Virus record (IMG/VR): IMGVR_UViG_3300006151_000005
Location: 1 to 64,000 of that record
DNA: 64,000 bases
Strand: one strand, 5' to 3'
Origin: a virus
Lineage: Duplodnaviria > Caudoviricetes
Below the pieces are notes generated by a model. The model searched no databases, was not told the origin of the DNA, and worked only from the letters and a program-made list of their open reading frames with translations. Positions 20,322-29,924 of the stretch are shown piece after piece (position 1 is the first letter of the stretch; each line of letters opens with the position of its first letter). The position numbers and the translations under genes were made by a program.

Positions 20322-20783
20322 ATGCCAGAACAAAATACCACTCCCACATATCAGCTTACGGCCACGGAAAAAGCCGAGATAGTAACCCAGCTATCGCAAA
20401 GCATTGTTAACAACAACACGCCTATCAACATCAGTGATACGGCGAAAAGCGACATTGTATCCGAGATTTCCAATCAGTTCTCAACCGGTGTATTGTCAAT
20501 GGCTATCAGCGATGAAGATAAAGCCGACATTATCGCCGAAGTATTAGCGGAACTGTATGCGAAATCGCAGGACACATCCACGCTTACAAAGGTCACAGAC
20601 CTTACAGGCGTGACATCAATCCCGGCAGTCAAGAACGACACCGACATCGTGGCTGTTCCTTTGAATTTACTTACAACGAATAAGCCTATTGAAGTCGCCG
20701 GTCAAGATGCTATTGACGTACTGGTAGCACAGGGTAAAATCGTTGACACGCAGATTTATTTCACACCCGTAGAAGATGAATAA
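20322..20783 (+). CDS. putative tail-associated protein
   Basis: Lies in the tail operon; internal repeat (LT/IS.T.K..IV/I). Confidence 0.6.
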   Translation: MPEQNTTPTYQLTATEKAEIVTQLSQSIVNNNTPINISDTAKSDIVSEISNQFSTGVLSMAISDEDKADIIAEVLAELYAKSQDTSTLTKVTDLTGVTSIPAVKNDTDIVAVPLNLLTTNKPIEVAGQDAIDVLVAQGKIVDTQIYFTPVEDE

Positions 20784-20785
20784 GT

Positions 20786-20959
20786 ATGTTGTGGATAGGA
20801 AATAAAGAGGTAGGTCAGCTATGGATTGGCAAGAAGCAGGTACAAGCCCTCTATGTGGGGGCGAAACTTGTATGGGAAGCCGTAAGCAGTTGCTTCGGCA
20901 GTGGATTCTGGCGCGAGAAATTGCCGTGGAAAGGTAAGGACGCATGGAAAAATTTCTAA
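20786..20959 (+). CDS. small tail-module protein (57 aa, below the ORF-track cutoff)
   Basis: MLWIGNKEVGQLWIGKKQVQALYVGAKLVWEAVSSCFGSGFWREKLPWKGKDAWKNF; starts 2 nt after the previous stop. Confidence 0.7.
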   Translation: MLWIGNKEVGQLWIGKKQVQALYVGAKLVWEAVSSCFGSGFWREKLPWKGKDAWKNF

Positions 20960-20980
20960 CCCCTAATATCGATATAAAGA

Positions 20981-21232
20981 GTTAAGAAGATTCTAAACTG
21001 GTTAAAGGAAAGCAACCGCTACAAGCATTTCGCAGGGGGCATCGCAATAGGCATGGTCAGCAATACGCCTTATTGCGCTGCCCTTTGCGGCTTTGGCGTT
21101 GCCTCCGCGCTGGAACTTAAAGATAAGCTCTGGGGCGGCAAATGGGATTGGATAGACTGGTCGCTCACCATCGCCGGTGTTGCGGTAGGTTATTCCATCC
21201 GAGTAGGTATCACTATGTTAATCAAATCCTAA
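20981..21232 (+). CDS. membrane protein lacking a canonical start codon
   Basis: Open frame VKKILNWLKESNRYKHF...LELKDKLWGGKWDWIDW...; fills the gap exactly; in-frame stop at 20975-20977; first ATG is internal (21053). Confidence 0.55.
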   Translation, partial: VKKILNWLKESNRYKHFAGGIAIGMVSNTPYCAALCGFGVASALELKDKLWGGKWDWIDWSLTIAGVAVGYSIRVGITMLIKS

Positions 21233-21236
21233 CGCT

Positions 21237-24200
21237 ATGGCAAAAGGTAAAGACGAGAAAATCCCTAATGGCAAAACACCGTGGGAGGGTTATGCCGGAA
21301 GCCGCGTTGAGGAATACATCAAGGAGGCACTTGCCGGCAAAGTGGGATATTTCCACAGACCCCAAGACAAAGGCAGTGATAACAACTATCATCTCTATGG
21401 CTTCGCCAGCGAGAGCGATTTCAACGAATGGAACAGCGACCCCGACAATAACGCGCATCTGCTGCTGACCGATGTCGCACTCCCCGCAAGCGGTGGCGGT
21501 TCAACCACGGCAAGCTATATTGTCAATCTGTATTCCGATTCACCGCAGACCATTGTCACGACCGATAACACGGTCAAAATCAACATCCGATTTACTTCGG
21601 AGGAGTTCAATCCTATCACGCAGACCACGCAGTCAACGACTGAGGGCGGTACGCTTACCGTCCAGACTCGTCTTAACTCGCAATCTGCATGGGTTACACG
21701 CGGAACGATAGAGAACATTCCATCTATCCCGGCAACGTCCACAAATGAATGGTGGCCTATCGACATCACAAACATGCTGAACACAGGCTCGCAGCAAGTC
21801 CGACTGATTGTAAAAGGCGATACGACCGGGCAGAACACCCGCTATCTGCAATTTACGGTCACGAAGACAACGCTCGGTCTGACTTTTGCGACGCAGTGGG
21901 AACGCCCTATTACTGACGGCATAATGCGCCTTTCTTACTATGTAAGCGGCGCAGTAAGCAAGACCCTGCACATCAAGATTGACGGTCAGCGCGAGATAGA
22001 GCGCAACATAGGCACGTCGGTTTACACGGAAACGCCTATTCAGGTAGATGTTACCGATGCAGTCACGGATACGGTCAAGGTGCTGACACACGGCATCCAT
22101 GAAATTGAGGCGTGGATTTCGGTTAATGATTCCACAATCCAAAGCGAGCATATTACTTCGCAGGTCATGGTTGTGGCAGATACGACCGACACGACACCGC
22201 GACTTATTCTGAACGACATCAAGTCTAAGCTGACAAACTGGACTGCGGAACAGATTTTAACCTATGCGGTCTATAATCCCAGCGGCGAAGCCACGCCCCT
22301 CAAGTTCATCCTTGAAAACTACACGGGCGATAAGCAGTACATGACGCTTGATGTCGGAAACGTGCCGAGTCAGGTCAAGCAGACCCTTAACAACGTTATC
22401 GAAATCGACTCCGAAGACACGACCATCAACGCCTACATGCGCTTCATGTCCGGCAATACCGCCATTCATCCTGTGCTTGGTTTTGAGGTTGATAACACGG
22501 AAAACTTCTCGCCTACAAGCAATCCCGACTTTATCCTTAATCCGCGTTCACGCACCAACGATGAAACGAATCCGCAAACCATTATCAATGCGGCCAACGG
22601 TCAGGTAATCGCGTCAACGTGGAAAGGCTTTGGACTGAAAGCCGACGGATGGCTTGAAGACAGCAACAACCAGCGTTGTCTTCGCGTCCTTGCCGGGCGC
22701 ACCATCGATATAGAACTTGAAACCCTCAAGGACTTTATCGGAACTAATAACCATTCATCGCTGACGGTGGAGCTTGATATAGCGACACGAAACGCCATCA
22801 AGACCGATGTACCGGTGCTTCGCATGTGTTCCTACCGCGACGATAACGGGCCGCAGGGCTTTGAGCTTCGACCGTGGCAGGCAGTCTTTATGACCCGCGA
22901 CAAGCGCGAGCGTGAAGACCAAGACGTAATGATAGGGGAAGGCCGACGCACACATATCGCCCTTAATATCATCTACGGCATCAACGGCACAAGCCAGAAC
23001 TACGTCCGCATCTTTGTCAACGGCAAAATCAACCGCGAATTTGAGTGGAGTCCGGAAGATGAATTTGTGCAGTACGTCAACGGCGTAAGAACGTCACAGG
23101 GCATACGCATTGGCTCGGAATACTGCGACATCGACATCTACGGCATACGCCTTTACAATCGCTCTTTGTCGGCAACCGACATCAGACAGGACTACATGGC
23201 ATCACTGCCGACCGTGGCCGAAAAGATTAAGTTCCGTGAAGACAACGACATTCTGGGCGACTCCAACCTTATCAGCTATGCCAAGACACGCGAAAAATAC
23301 AACACCATCGTAATCACGGGTCAAGTGCCGTCTTTCTCTACCGGCAATATCAAGACCAAATGCGATTGGGAAATCCATGTTGTCGGCGACCCCGAACATT
23401 CGGGTACGCTGAATAACGTGACAACCAGCGGTCAAGGTACATCATCGCGCTCGTATTGGAAGTGGAATCTGCAAGCCAAGCCCAACGACGATACCGATTG
23501 GATTGACGAACTCGGCAACCATCACGGTGCAGGTTATCAGCTTGATGATACAGTTCCGTTTGCCACTAAACTTGTAGCTAAGTTGAACTGGGCATCGTCG
23601 CAGCAGTCGCACAAGCTCGGCTCTTGCAACCTGTATACCGACCTTTGGCGGAGATGCACCGGCGGTAGTTCCATCACTAACACCGCAGGTTTTGAGAATT
23701 GCCGCGTGTCAGTCAAGCAAAAGCCGTTCTTCCTTTTTGTGCGCCCCACGGCAGACGCGGAGCCGGTATTCTACGGTCTTTACACGTTTGGCCCCGGAAA
23801 GGGCGACAAGCCGACATTCGGCTACGATAAGAAGAAATTCCCCAACTACCTGATGATTGAGGGTTGCGATAACGGCGAACCCTTGACCAACCATCGCATA
23901 CCGTGGAATGAAGACATTACCATCGGCGGCGATGAAGATGAACTTATTCAGTACAACGGCAGGAAGCAGTGGGAAATCGACATGGGCAACGCTGATTCGC
24001 TGTCTTACTTCAAAGACGCTTTCAACTTTGTCTATCTCTGCACACCGCACATCGAACCCTTTTCGGGAACACTCGCGCAGTTACAGGCCACTACCGAAGC
24101 CGACGTTAACCGGCAGACCCTTTATTGGGTCACACAAGCATCGGGCAGCTCGTCGGCAAAATACGACCTTTACCGCTACGATGAACTGACCTCGCAATGG

Positions 24201-27119
24201 GTGGATGCCGGCGTAGCCAAGATTTCCGCAGGAAAGTATGCCAAGCTGAACCTTGCCACACAGCTCGGCATTACGCCTACCGGCAACGTCTGGGCTGACA
24301 TCAACCAGCAATTCATTAATGCGCGTATCTTGAAATTCTCGCGTGAGGCATCGCAGTATTTCAAGATGAATGATGCGTTTTTCCATCAGATGTTCTGCAA
24401 GCTGATAGGCGCAAGCGATAATCGCGCCAAGAACACCTATCTATATCTTGCCACACATGACGGAAGCCTTAAAATCCACTTCGCGCAGGATGACCTCGAT
24501 ACAATCTTCTTGACTGATAACGTAGGACGCAAGAACAAGCCCTACTATGTTGAGGAGCATGACCGCGATGCCGACGGCGGCACATATTGGAACGGCGAGG
24601 CAAACGCCATGTATGACCTCTTTGAGCTGGCTTTCCCGACGGAATTACGCGCCATGATGAAATCTATTCTGGGCGAGATGGCAAACCTTGCCACAGACAA
24701 GACGCTGATGGGTTGCATGGAGGATTACTATTTCCATGTTCAGCGATATTTCCCGGCTGTCGCTTACAACGAAACGGCACGACTCCTTTACGAAGAGGCA
24801 TCCGCAAAGTGGGTCACTGGCGATTACATCGCTTCCACGCATCCCATCACGCAGTCGCTCGGCGACCAGCTTGAGGGTGAGATGCAGTGGGTCAAATTGC
24901 GCCTTATCTACCTGTCATCGTTTGCGTCTTATGGTGCTTTCACGATGAACGGTGAGGGGTCTTTGACTTTCCGTTCTGCTACCACAACAACGGGCGCAGC
25001 ACCTAACTATTCATTTGCGCTGACTCCGCACATGTGGATTTATCCTGCTGTGTCAGCGGGTTCATCTACAATGTTCGGTCGTGGAAAGGCACACCCCCAG
25101 CGTGTTAAAGCCGGCGAAACCTACATCCTTGACGGCGTGGCTGCTGACAATGATACCAACATTCAGGTTCACGGCATCCATTACTACACGTCGGTGGGCG
25201 AATTTGGCGATAAGTCACTTACCGGCACATTTACCGTATCCGGCGAGCGGCTCGTTGAGTTCCACGCTTCCAAACAGCCGATAGAGTTCAGACCTACGGC
25301 GGTTGAAGTAACCGCACCGAATCTGCGCGTCTTCGACATTAAGGGTGCTTCCACTGTGACGGGTAGCATCAATTTCACGTTGCAGACGCGACTTGAAGAA
25401 GTGGATATGCGCGGCACATCCATATCGTCGTTCCTTATCCCTGAACCCACCGGCATCACATCGCTGATGCTCCCGGCGACCCTTACGCGCTTGCAGTTGA
25501 CGGATTATAGCAAGTTGGAAAGTGATAACTTTGAGCTTGAGGGTGTTGCAAGCATCCAAAGTTTTGAATTTGCCAACTGCCCCAATCTGAGCAGTCAGAC
25601 CATCGTGTCAACCATCTGCGCCACGCCCAACAACAATCTTTCCGAGTGCAAGGTAAGCAATATCTACTGGCGTAGGTTTGCCCTTGAATATCTGATGAAG
25701 CTGGCAAGCATCAATGCAGACCTTTCAGGCAAGATTGAACTTGATGATTCCGCTACGCCTACGTTTGATGAAAAGATAGCTCTTCTGGATGCTTTCGGCA
25801 ACATCGACAGCGAAACCAACAAGCTCAATATCGCCTACAAGAAAGTCTATCTGACTTCAATGGAAATTACGGGCGATACCTATTTCAGTCAACCCGGCAC
25901 ATATCAGTTGCAGATTACACCGAATAGCCCACGTGCAAATGACTTCACGAAGATAGAATGGTCTATCTCCAAAAATTCATGCAACGCGACTATCAACGCC
26001 GTAACCGGCGAACTGACATTGCCTAAAGTTGGCACGGAAGCTGAAAAGCCCGAAGCCACGGTAACATGCAAGGCTACGCTTTCAGATGGTTCTACATTGA
26101 CGGCGACCACAACCCTCGGCTTCTATTTCAGAAAGTGTCGTGTTGGCGATTTGGTGTTCCATGATGGCACATACTCCGACAAGCCCAATAAAAACAAAGT
26201 AGCTATCGGCGTATGCTTCTACATCGACCCCAAAGACGAAACGCGCCGTCTGATGGTATCAACGCAGGAGCTTTCCACTGGTATTCAGTGGGGATTGTAT
26301 TTCAATAACGGTTCTGGCTCATGGGCAGAGGGAGGAAGCGATGACTTGAATTACAACATGCGCGATATTACCCTCGCGGACTCTCCCGGCTACAACGTCT
26401 ATGACACACCGGTTGCAAATATAGGTTCGCACGGTATGCAGACAAGCTATGTGACCGATGCCAACTACCGCGATGAGTACACCGATGACGGGTTCAAGGA
26501 ATTTGCCGACACGGTAGGCGCGGGCGATATAGGCTTCATGCGATTGCCGCGTGACTATACTTTCCGTGGTCACACATACGAAACCGGCACATATCTGCCG
26601 CGTGGCTTTTATAAGACCTTGCAGATAATTCAGCACCGTAATACTGTTCTGCAAGATTCCGATGTTGCACTACCATTACCGCAGGCTTCTGCCGACGAAA
26701 CGGAACTTGAATGTCTTAACCGGTTGATGTCGGATATTGTGTTAACGCACAATAACGCTTCAAAGTGGCGACAATTCTACTACCCGGCGGCTTCAATGTG
26801 TCACGCATTTCAGCCGACAGTCAAAGCAGGAATGACGCTTAACGACAAGTTCAAGTCCGGGATGTGGTTCTTGGGTGCTATCGGCGACTACTACCGTTGC
26901 TACTGGTACCATAAGGAGCGCAATGTAGAGAACAGCCAGTTCGCAATCTTTCAAAAGTGGGTGGAATTAGGATTGTTCAACGCATGGCGAGCTACATGGT
27001 ATTGGTCATCCACCGAGGCCAGTCAGGACATCGCTCGGAGCGTTTACTTCGTTGATGGCCTCACCTACAGCCACGCCAAGTACTACAGCGGCTCGGTGAG
27101 GGCGGTCGCCGCATTTTAA
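21237..27119 (+). CDS. DGR target: large receptor-binding/adhesin protein with a C-terminal C-type-lectin-fold variable region
   Basis: 1960 aa ending WYWSSTE...VRAVAAF; VR matches the repeat in the RT 5' region; LamG-like, CotH-like, LRR-like and Ig-like segments. Confidence 0.88.
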   Translation: MAKGKDEKIPNGKTPWEGYAGSRVEEYIKEALAGKVGYFHRPQDKGSDNNYHLYGFASESDFNEWNSDPDNNAHLLLTDVALPASGGGSTTASYIVNLYSDSPQTIVTTDNTVKINIRFTSEEFNPITQTTQSTTEGGTLTVQTRLNSQSAWVTRGTIENIPSIPATSTNEWWPIDITNMLNTGSQQVRLIVKGDTTGQNTRYLQFTVTKTTLGLTFATQWERPITDGIMRLSYYVSGAVSKTLHIKIDGQREIERNIGTSVYTETPIQVDVTDAVTDTVKVLTHGIHEIEAWISVNDSTIQSEHITSQVMVVADTTDTTPRLILNDIKSKLTNWTAEQILTYAVYNPSGEATPLKFILENYTGDKQYMTLDVGNVPSQVKQTLNNVIEIDSEDTTINAYMRFMSGNTAIHPVLGFEVDNTENFSPTSNPDFILNPRSRTNDETNPQTIINAANGQVIASTWKGFGLKADGWLEDSNNQRCLRVLAGRTIDIELETLKDFIGTNNHSSLTVELDIATRNAIKTDVPVLRMCSYRDDNGPQGFELRPWQAVFMTRDKREREDQDVMIGEGRRTHIALNIIYGINGTSQNYVRIFVNGKINREFEWSPEDEFVQYVNGVRTSQGIRIGSEYCDIDIYGIRLYNRSLSATDIRQDYMASLPTVAEKIKFREDNDILGDSNLISYAKTREKYNTIVITGQVPSFSTGNIKTKCDWEIHVVGDPEHSGTLNNVTTSGQGTSSRSYWKWNLQAKPNDDTDWIDELGNHHGAGYQLDDTVPFATKLVAKLNWASSQQSHKLGSCNLYTDLWRRCTGGSSITNTAGFENCRVSVKQKPFFLFVRPTADAEPVFYGLYTFGPGKGDKPTFGYDKKKFPNYLMIEGCDNGEPLTNHRIPWNEDITIGGDEDELIQYNGRKQWEIDMGNADSLSYFKDAFNFVYLCTPHIEPFSGTLAQLQATTEADVNRQTLYWVTQASGSSSAKYDLYRYDELTSQWVDAGVAKISAGKYAKLNLATQLGITPTGNVWADINQQFINARILKFSREASQYFKMNDAFFHQMFCKLIGASDNRAKNTYLYLATHDGSLKIHFAQDDLDTIFLTDNVGRKNKPYYVEEHDRDADGGTYWNGEANAMYDLFELAFPTELRAMMKSILGEMANLATDKTLMGCMEDYYFHVQRYFPAVAYNETARLLYEEASAKWVTGDYIASTHPITQSLGDQLEGEMQWVKLRLIYLSSFASYGAFTMNGEGSLTFRSATTTTGAAPNYSFALTPHMWIYPAVSAGSSTMFGRGKAHPQRVKAGETYILDGVAADNDTNIQVHGIHYYTSVGEFGDKSLTGTFTVSGERLVEFHASKQPIEFRPTAVEVTAPNLRVFDIKGASTVTGSINFTLQTRLEEVDMRGTSISSFLIPEPTGITSLMLPATLTRLQLTDYSKLESDNFELEGVASIQSFEFANCPNLSSQTIVSTICATPNNNLSECKVSNIYWRRFALEYLMKLASINADLSGKIELDDSATPTFDEKIALLDAFGNIDSETNKLNIAYKKVYLTSMEITGDTYFSQPGTYQLQITPNSPRANDFTKIEWSISKNSCNATINAVTGELTLPKVGTEAEKPEATVTCKATLSDGSTLTATTTLGFYFRKCRVGDLVFHDGTYSDKPNKNKVAIGVCFYIDPKDETRRLMVSTQELSTGIQWGLYFNNGSGSWAEGGSDDLNYNMRDITLADSPGYNVYDTPVANIGSHGMQTSYVTDANYRDEYTDDGFKEFADTVGAGDIGFMRLPRDYTFRGHTYETGTYLPRGFYKTLQIIQHRNTVLQDSDVALPLPQASADETELECLNRLMSDIVLTHNNASKWRQFYYPAASMCHAFQPTVKAGMTLNDKFKSGMWFLGAIGDYYRCYWYHKERNVENSQFAIFQKWVELGLFNAWRATWYWSSTEASQDIARSVYFVDGLTYSHAKYYSGSVRAVAAF
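27004..27115 (+). repeat. DGR variable repeat (VR) with IMH end
   Basis: 112-bp imperfect direct repeat of 27779-27893; all mismatches fall at codon positions 1-2. Confidence 0.92.
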
Positions 27120-27127
27120 TCCGGTAC

Positions 27128-27153
27128 GCAAGGGGTCGTTCCCGACCCCTTGC
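27128..27153. promoter_or_regulatory. DGR target-recognition hairpin/cruciform
   Basis: Perfect 11-bp inverted repeat GCAAGGGGTCG-TTCC-CGACCCCTTGC, 8 nt after the target stop codon. Confidence 0.85.
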
Positions 27154-27247
27154 ACTCATCGGAAACCATGTTCACCGCGAGATTATCAACAATAATAAAT
27201 AACAAATTCACTATCAATACGATAAGCAAAGCATAATTATCATTAGC

Positions 27248-27643
27248 ATGTCAAAACCCGCACAATTACCAATCTACCGCGCAGTCGAGCGTTTGATGAT
27301 TTGGGCTATCCCGGTCGTTGAACGCTTGCCTAAATCGCTTCCCTATCAAACCCTCGGAGGCTTACTCATCCGTGACATTAGAGAATGTATGGATGCCGTG
27401 ATTCTGACCACGCAAGCCTCCGATTACACACGCATCGAAGCCCTCAATATCTTGGTTGCACGCATGACTTCCGTCAAAACGACAATGCGGGTGCTTAAAG
27501 CATCGAAGAAGATAACGGCTCAACAAGAGGTGCAATTTCTGGATTTGATAAATCCCATAGCCATGCAAGCGGGTGCATGGATGTGCAAGATTAAAAAGGA
27601 AGCATCTCCAAATTCAGACAATGATTCTGCCGACCTTAAATAA
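27248..27643 (+). CDS. avd: DGR accessory variability determinant (Avd-like four-helix bundle)
   Basis: LPIYR...LPKSLPYQTLG...GAW; 131 aa between target and RT. Confidence 0.8.
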   Translation: MSKPAQLPIYRAVERLMIWAIPVVERLPKSLPYQTLGGLLIRDIRECMDAVILTTQASDYTRIEALNILVARMTSVKTTMRVLKASKKITAQQEVQFLDLINPIAMQAGAWMCKIKKEASPNSDNDSADLK

Positions 27644-27684
27644 GCCGACATCATCATATCAAGGAAACATTCAAGACTACGGTT

Positions 27685-29241
27685 ATGGATGTTATGAATT
27701 TTCTTTTATCCAATGGATACAGCACTGGAGTGTCTTCCATAGACGCTTTAGTTAAACACAAATTAGCCTGTGCATTACGGTCATCCACCGAGAACAGTCA
27801 GTACTACGCTTGGATCGTTTACTTCTATGATGGCTACACCGGCAGCTACTACGGCAAGTACTACAGCGTCTCGGTGAGGGCGGTCGCCGCATTAGATGAA
27901 GAAATTAAGATAGGTTGGATAGACGCTTTTGATGATTGTTGTGCGAAGAAGAAATCTTCGCCACAATGCAATGCTTATCGTATTGATTATGAGTTTGACT
28001 TATGGATGTTAATTGCCTCGGTATATCAACGGAACTATGCGCCGTCGATAAGCACCTGCTTCATGGTCACGCATCCGAAACTACGCGAAATCTTTGCAGC
28101 CCATTTCCGTGATAGGATAGTCCAGCACTGGATTATCATCCGTCTTGAGCCGCTGTTTGAGAAACGCTTTATAGCACAGGGTAATGTCAGCTTTAACTGC
28201 CGTAAGAACTTCGGAACGCTTAAAGCCGTCAATGCGCTTGAACGCGACATCGTGGAGATTAGCCATAACTACACGGTCGAAACACATATTGGAAGATTTG
28301 ACCTTAAATCTTTCTTTATGAGTATTGACCTGACAATACTTTGGAAACTGCTAAAGACTTTCATTATTAAGGAGTACAAAGGTGATGATATAGACACCTT
28401 ATTATATCTGACCGAGATTGTTGTTTTCCACAGACCGCAAGAGAACTGCTATCGAAATGGTGATATTGCCCTTTGGGATGACCTGCCGCCGCACAAGTCG
28501 CTTTTCAATCTTATGGAGCTAATTGGTATGGCTATCGGAAATCTTACCAGTCAGCAATTCGCCAACTTCTACATGTCGTTCTTTGACGAGTTTATGATAT
28601 GGCTTTGCGCCCGGTATGGATGCAAGTATGAAAGATTTGTCGATGACTTTGCTGTAGTTGGAAACAAGGATATAATATTGAATGTAATAAGACCTTTGGC
28701 CGATAAATTTCTTGCAAAGAAATTGCACGTGACGCTACACCACGATAAGTTTTACATCCAGCCGGTCAGACATGGAGTAAAGTATGTTGGAACGGTTATC
28801 ATGCCCGGTCGCAAATACATCAGCAACCGTACAGTAGGTGGAATGATAGACAAATTAAGAATGACTTCGCACGTCTGCGCGTCTATTTTACGAGGAAACC
28901 GTAATAGTCGCAACTTGGCGCTATTAAGGCATTGTATTGCCGCACTTAATTCCTACCTTGGCTTCATGGTTCATGTAAACGGTCATAACCTGCGCCGTAG
29001 AATCTTAAATAGCGCATCGCAAGACTTTTGGAAAGTCTGCTATGTTCAGGGAGATTATACCGTGATAAAGGTCATGAGGCGTTTCAGATTGACAAACTTT
29101 CTAAAAGAACAGGAAGATGCAGAAAACGACATTGCAATACGGCAACTCAAAGCCATCACCCGTAGAGGTTCAAAAAGACTGCGGAATGAAAATCCGCATC
29201 ATAAACTTCGACGTGACAAAGGCAGACGTAGAAAACTATGA
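27685..29241 (+). CDS. DGR reverse transcriptase (TR read in frame at the N-terminus)
   Basis: PKLREIFAAHFRDRIVQH, FDLKSFFMSID, GMAIGNLTSQ, RFVDDF, GVKYVG. Confidence 0.93.
   Translation: MDVMNFLLSNGYSTGVSSIDALVKHKLACALRSSTENSQYYAWIVYFYDGYTGSYYGKYYSVSVRAVAALDEEIKIGWIDAFDDCCAKKKSSPQCNAYRIDYEFDLWMLIASVYQRNYAPSISTCFMVTHPKLREIFAAHFRDRIVQHWIIIRLEPLFEKRFIAQGNVSFNCRKNFGTLKAVNALERDIVEISHNYTVETHIGRFDLKSFFMSIDLTILWKLLKTFIIKEYKGDDIDTLLYLTEIVVFHRPQENCYRNGDIALWDDLPPHKSLFNLMELIGMAIGNLTSQQFANFYMSFFDEFMIWLCARYGCKYERFVDDFAVVGNKDIILNVIRPLADKFLAKKLHVTLHHDKFYIQPVRHGVKYVGTVIMPGRKYISNRTVGGMIDKLRMTSHVCASILRGNRNSRNLALLRHCIAALNSYLGFMVHVNGHNLRRRILNSASQDFWKVCYVQGDYTVIKVMRRFRLTNFLKEQEDAENDIAIRQLKAITRRGSKRLRNENPHHKLRRDKGRRRKL
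27779..27893 (+). repeat. DGR template-repeat position (atypical, adenine-depleted)
   Basis: 115-bp copy of the VR located between avd and the RT core. Confidence 0.85.
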
Positions 29242-29503
29242 GTACTGTTGGAAGCGCGTCACCTTGCCGGTTTCGATATGGAATTACTCCGCTATCGTGG
29301 CGGCTATCATCAATGCGGCATATCCGGCAGACGATATGCAGGCAATCAACAACAACTACCTCCGCACGTTGGACGGCACTGACCTTGACCCGGACAAAAA
29401 GGCCGAATATCTTGCGGAACACTTTGAGATGAACGCCTACCGCGACCATGCAAAGACCGTAGCGAATGAACTTCTTGCCTATGCGCAGGAACATAACCTT
29501 TGA
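29117..29503 (+). CDS. hypothetical tail-module protein
   Basis: YSAIVAAIINAAYPADDMQAINNNYL; overlaps the RT 3' end by 125 bp. Confidence 0.7.
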   Translation: MQKTTLQYGNSKPSPVEVQKDCGMKIRIINFDVTKADVENYEYCWKRVTLPVSIWNYSAIVAAIINAAYPADDMQAINNNYLRTLDGTDLDPDKKAEYLAEHFEMNAYRDHAKTVANELLAYAQEHNL

Positions 29504-29529
29504 AGAAACCCCTAAACAACAATACAACT

Positions 29530-29814
29530 ATGAGCAATTCAACTTCCAAATGGCCCGGTTATTTATACCGCGTCTTCATCGGCTTTGTTATAGCCGCAGT
29601 CATCAGCCCGCTTGTGGCACATATCCCGCCTCACATCGGATGGCTGTCGTTCCTTGTCGGCATCATCGCCGCAATCGTTATCGGCATCCGTCAGTCAGTG
29701 AAAGAGGCGAAAGAATCCAAACGTTCACGCATTATGCTGTTCGGCATCGTCTTCAACATCGTAGGCGGTGCGCTCGGCGGCATAATAGGCGTACTGGCCG
29801 CACATTTCATCTAA
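29530..29814 (+). CDS. membrane protein (3 predicted TM segments), lysis-module associated
   Basis: Hydrophobic segments; upstream of the holin. Confidence 0.6.
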   Translation: MSNSTSKWPGYLYRVFIGFVIAAVISPLVAHIPPHIGWLSFLVGIIAAIVIGIRQSVKEAKESKRSRIMLFGIVFNIVGGALGGIIGVLAAHFI

Positions 29815-29924
29815 ACGTATCGACGGCTTACAGTGGTGCTTTCCATTACTGCAACCCGCCCTTGTAGTAACCAATCAATCACATTTAACATCAACCAGCA
29901 GTTTTACACGACTTCTTTGAAGCT

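Noticed and set aside
27004-27893. A purely thymine-specific DGR
   Set aside because: Mismatches occur at TR A, T and G. All are explained more simply by independent changes from ancestral adenines.
27685-29241. Group II intron or retron RT
   Set aside because: Avd, VR/TR and hairpin context plus the IGNLTSQ motif indicate a DGR; no intron domain V or msr-msd seen
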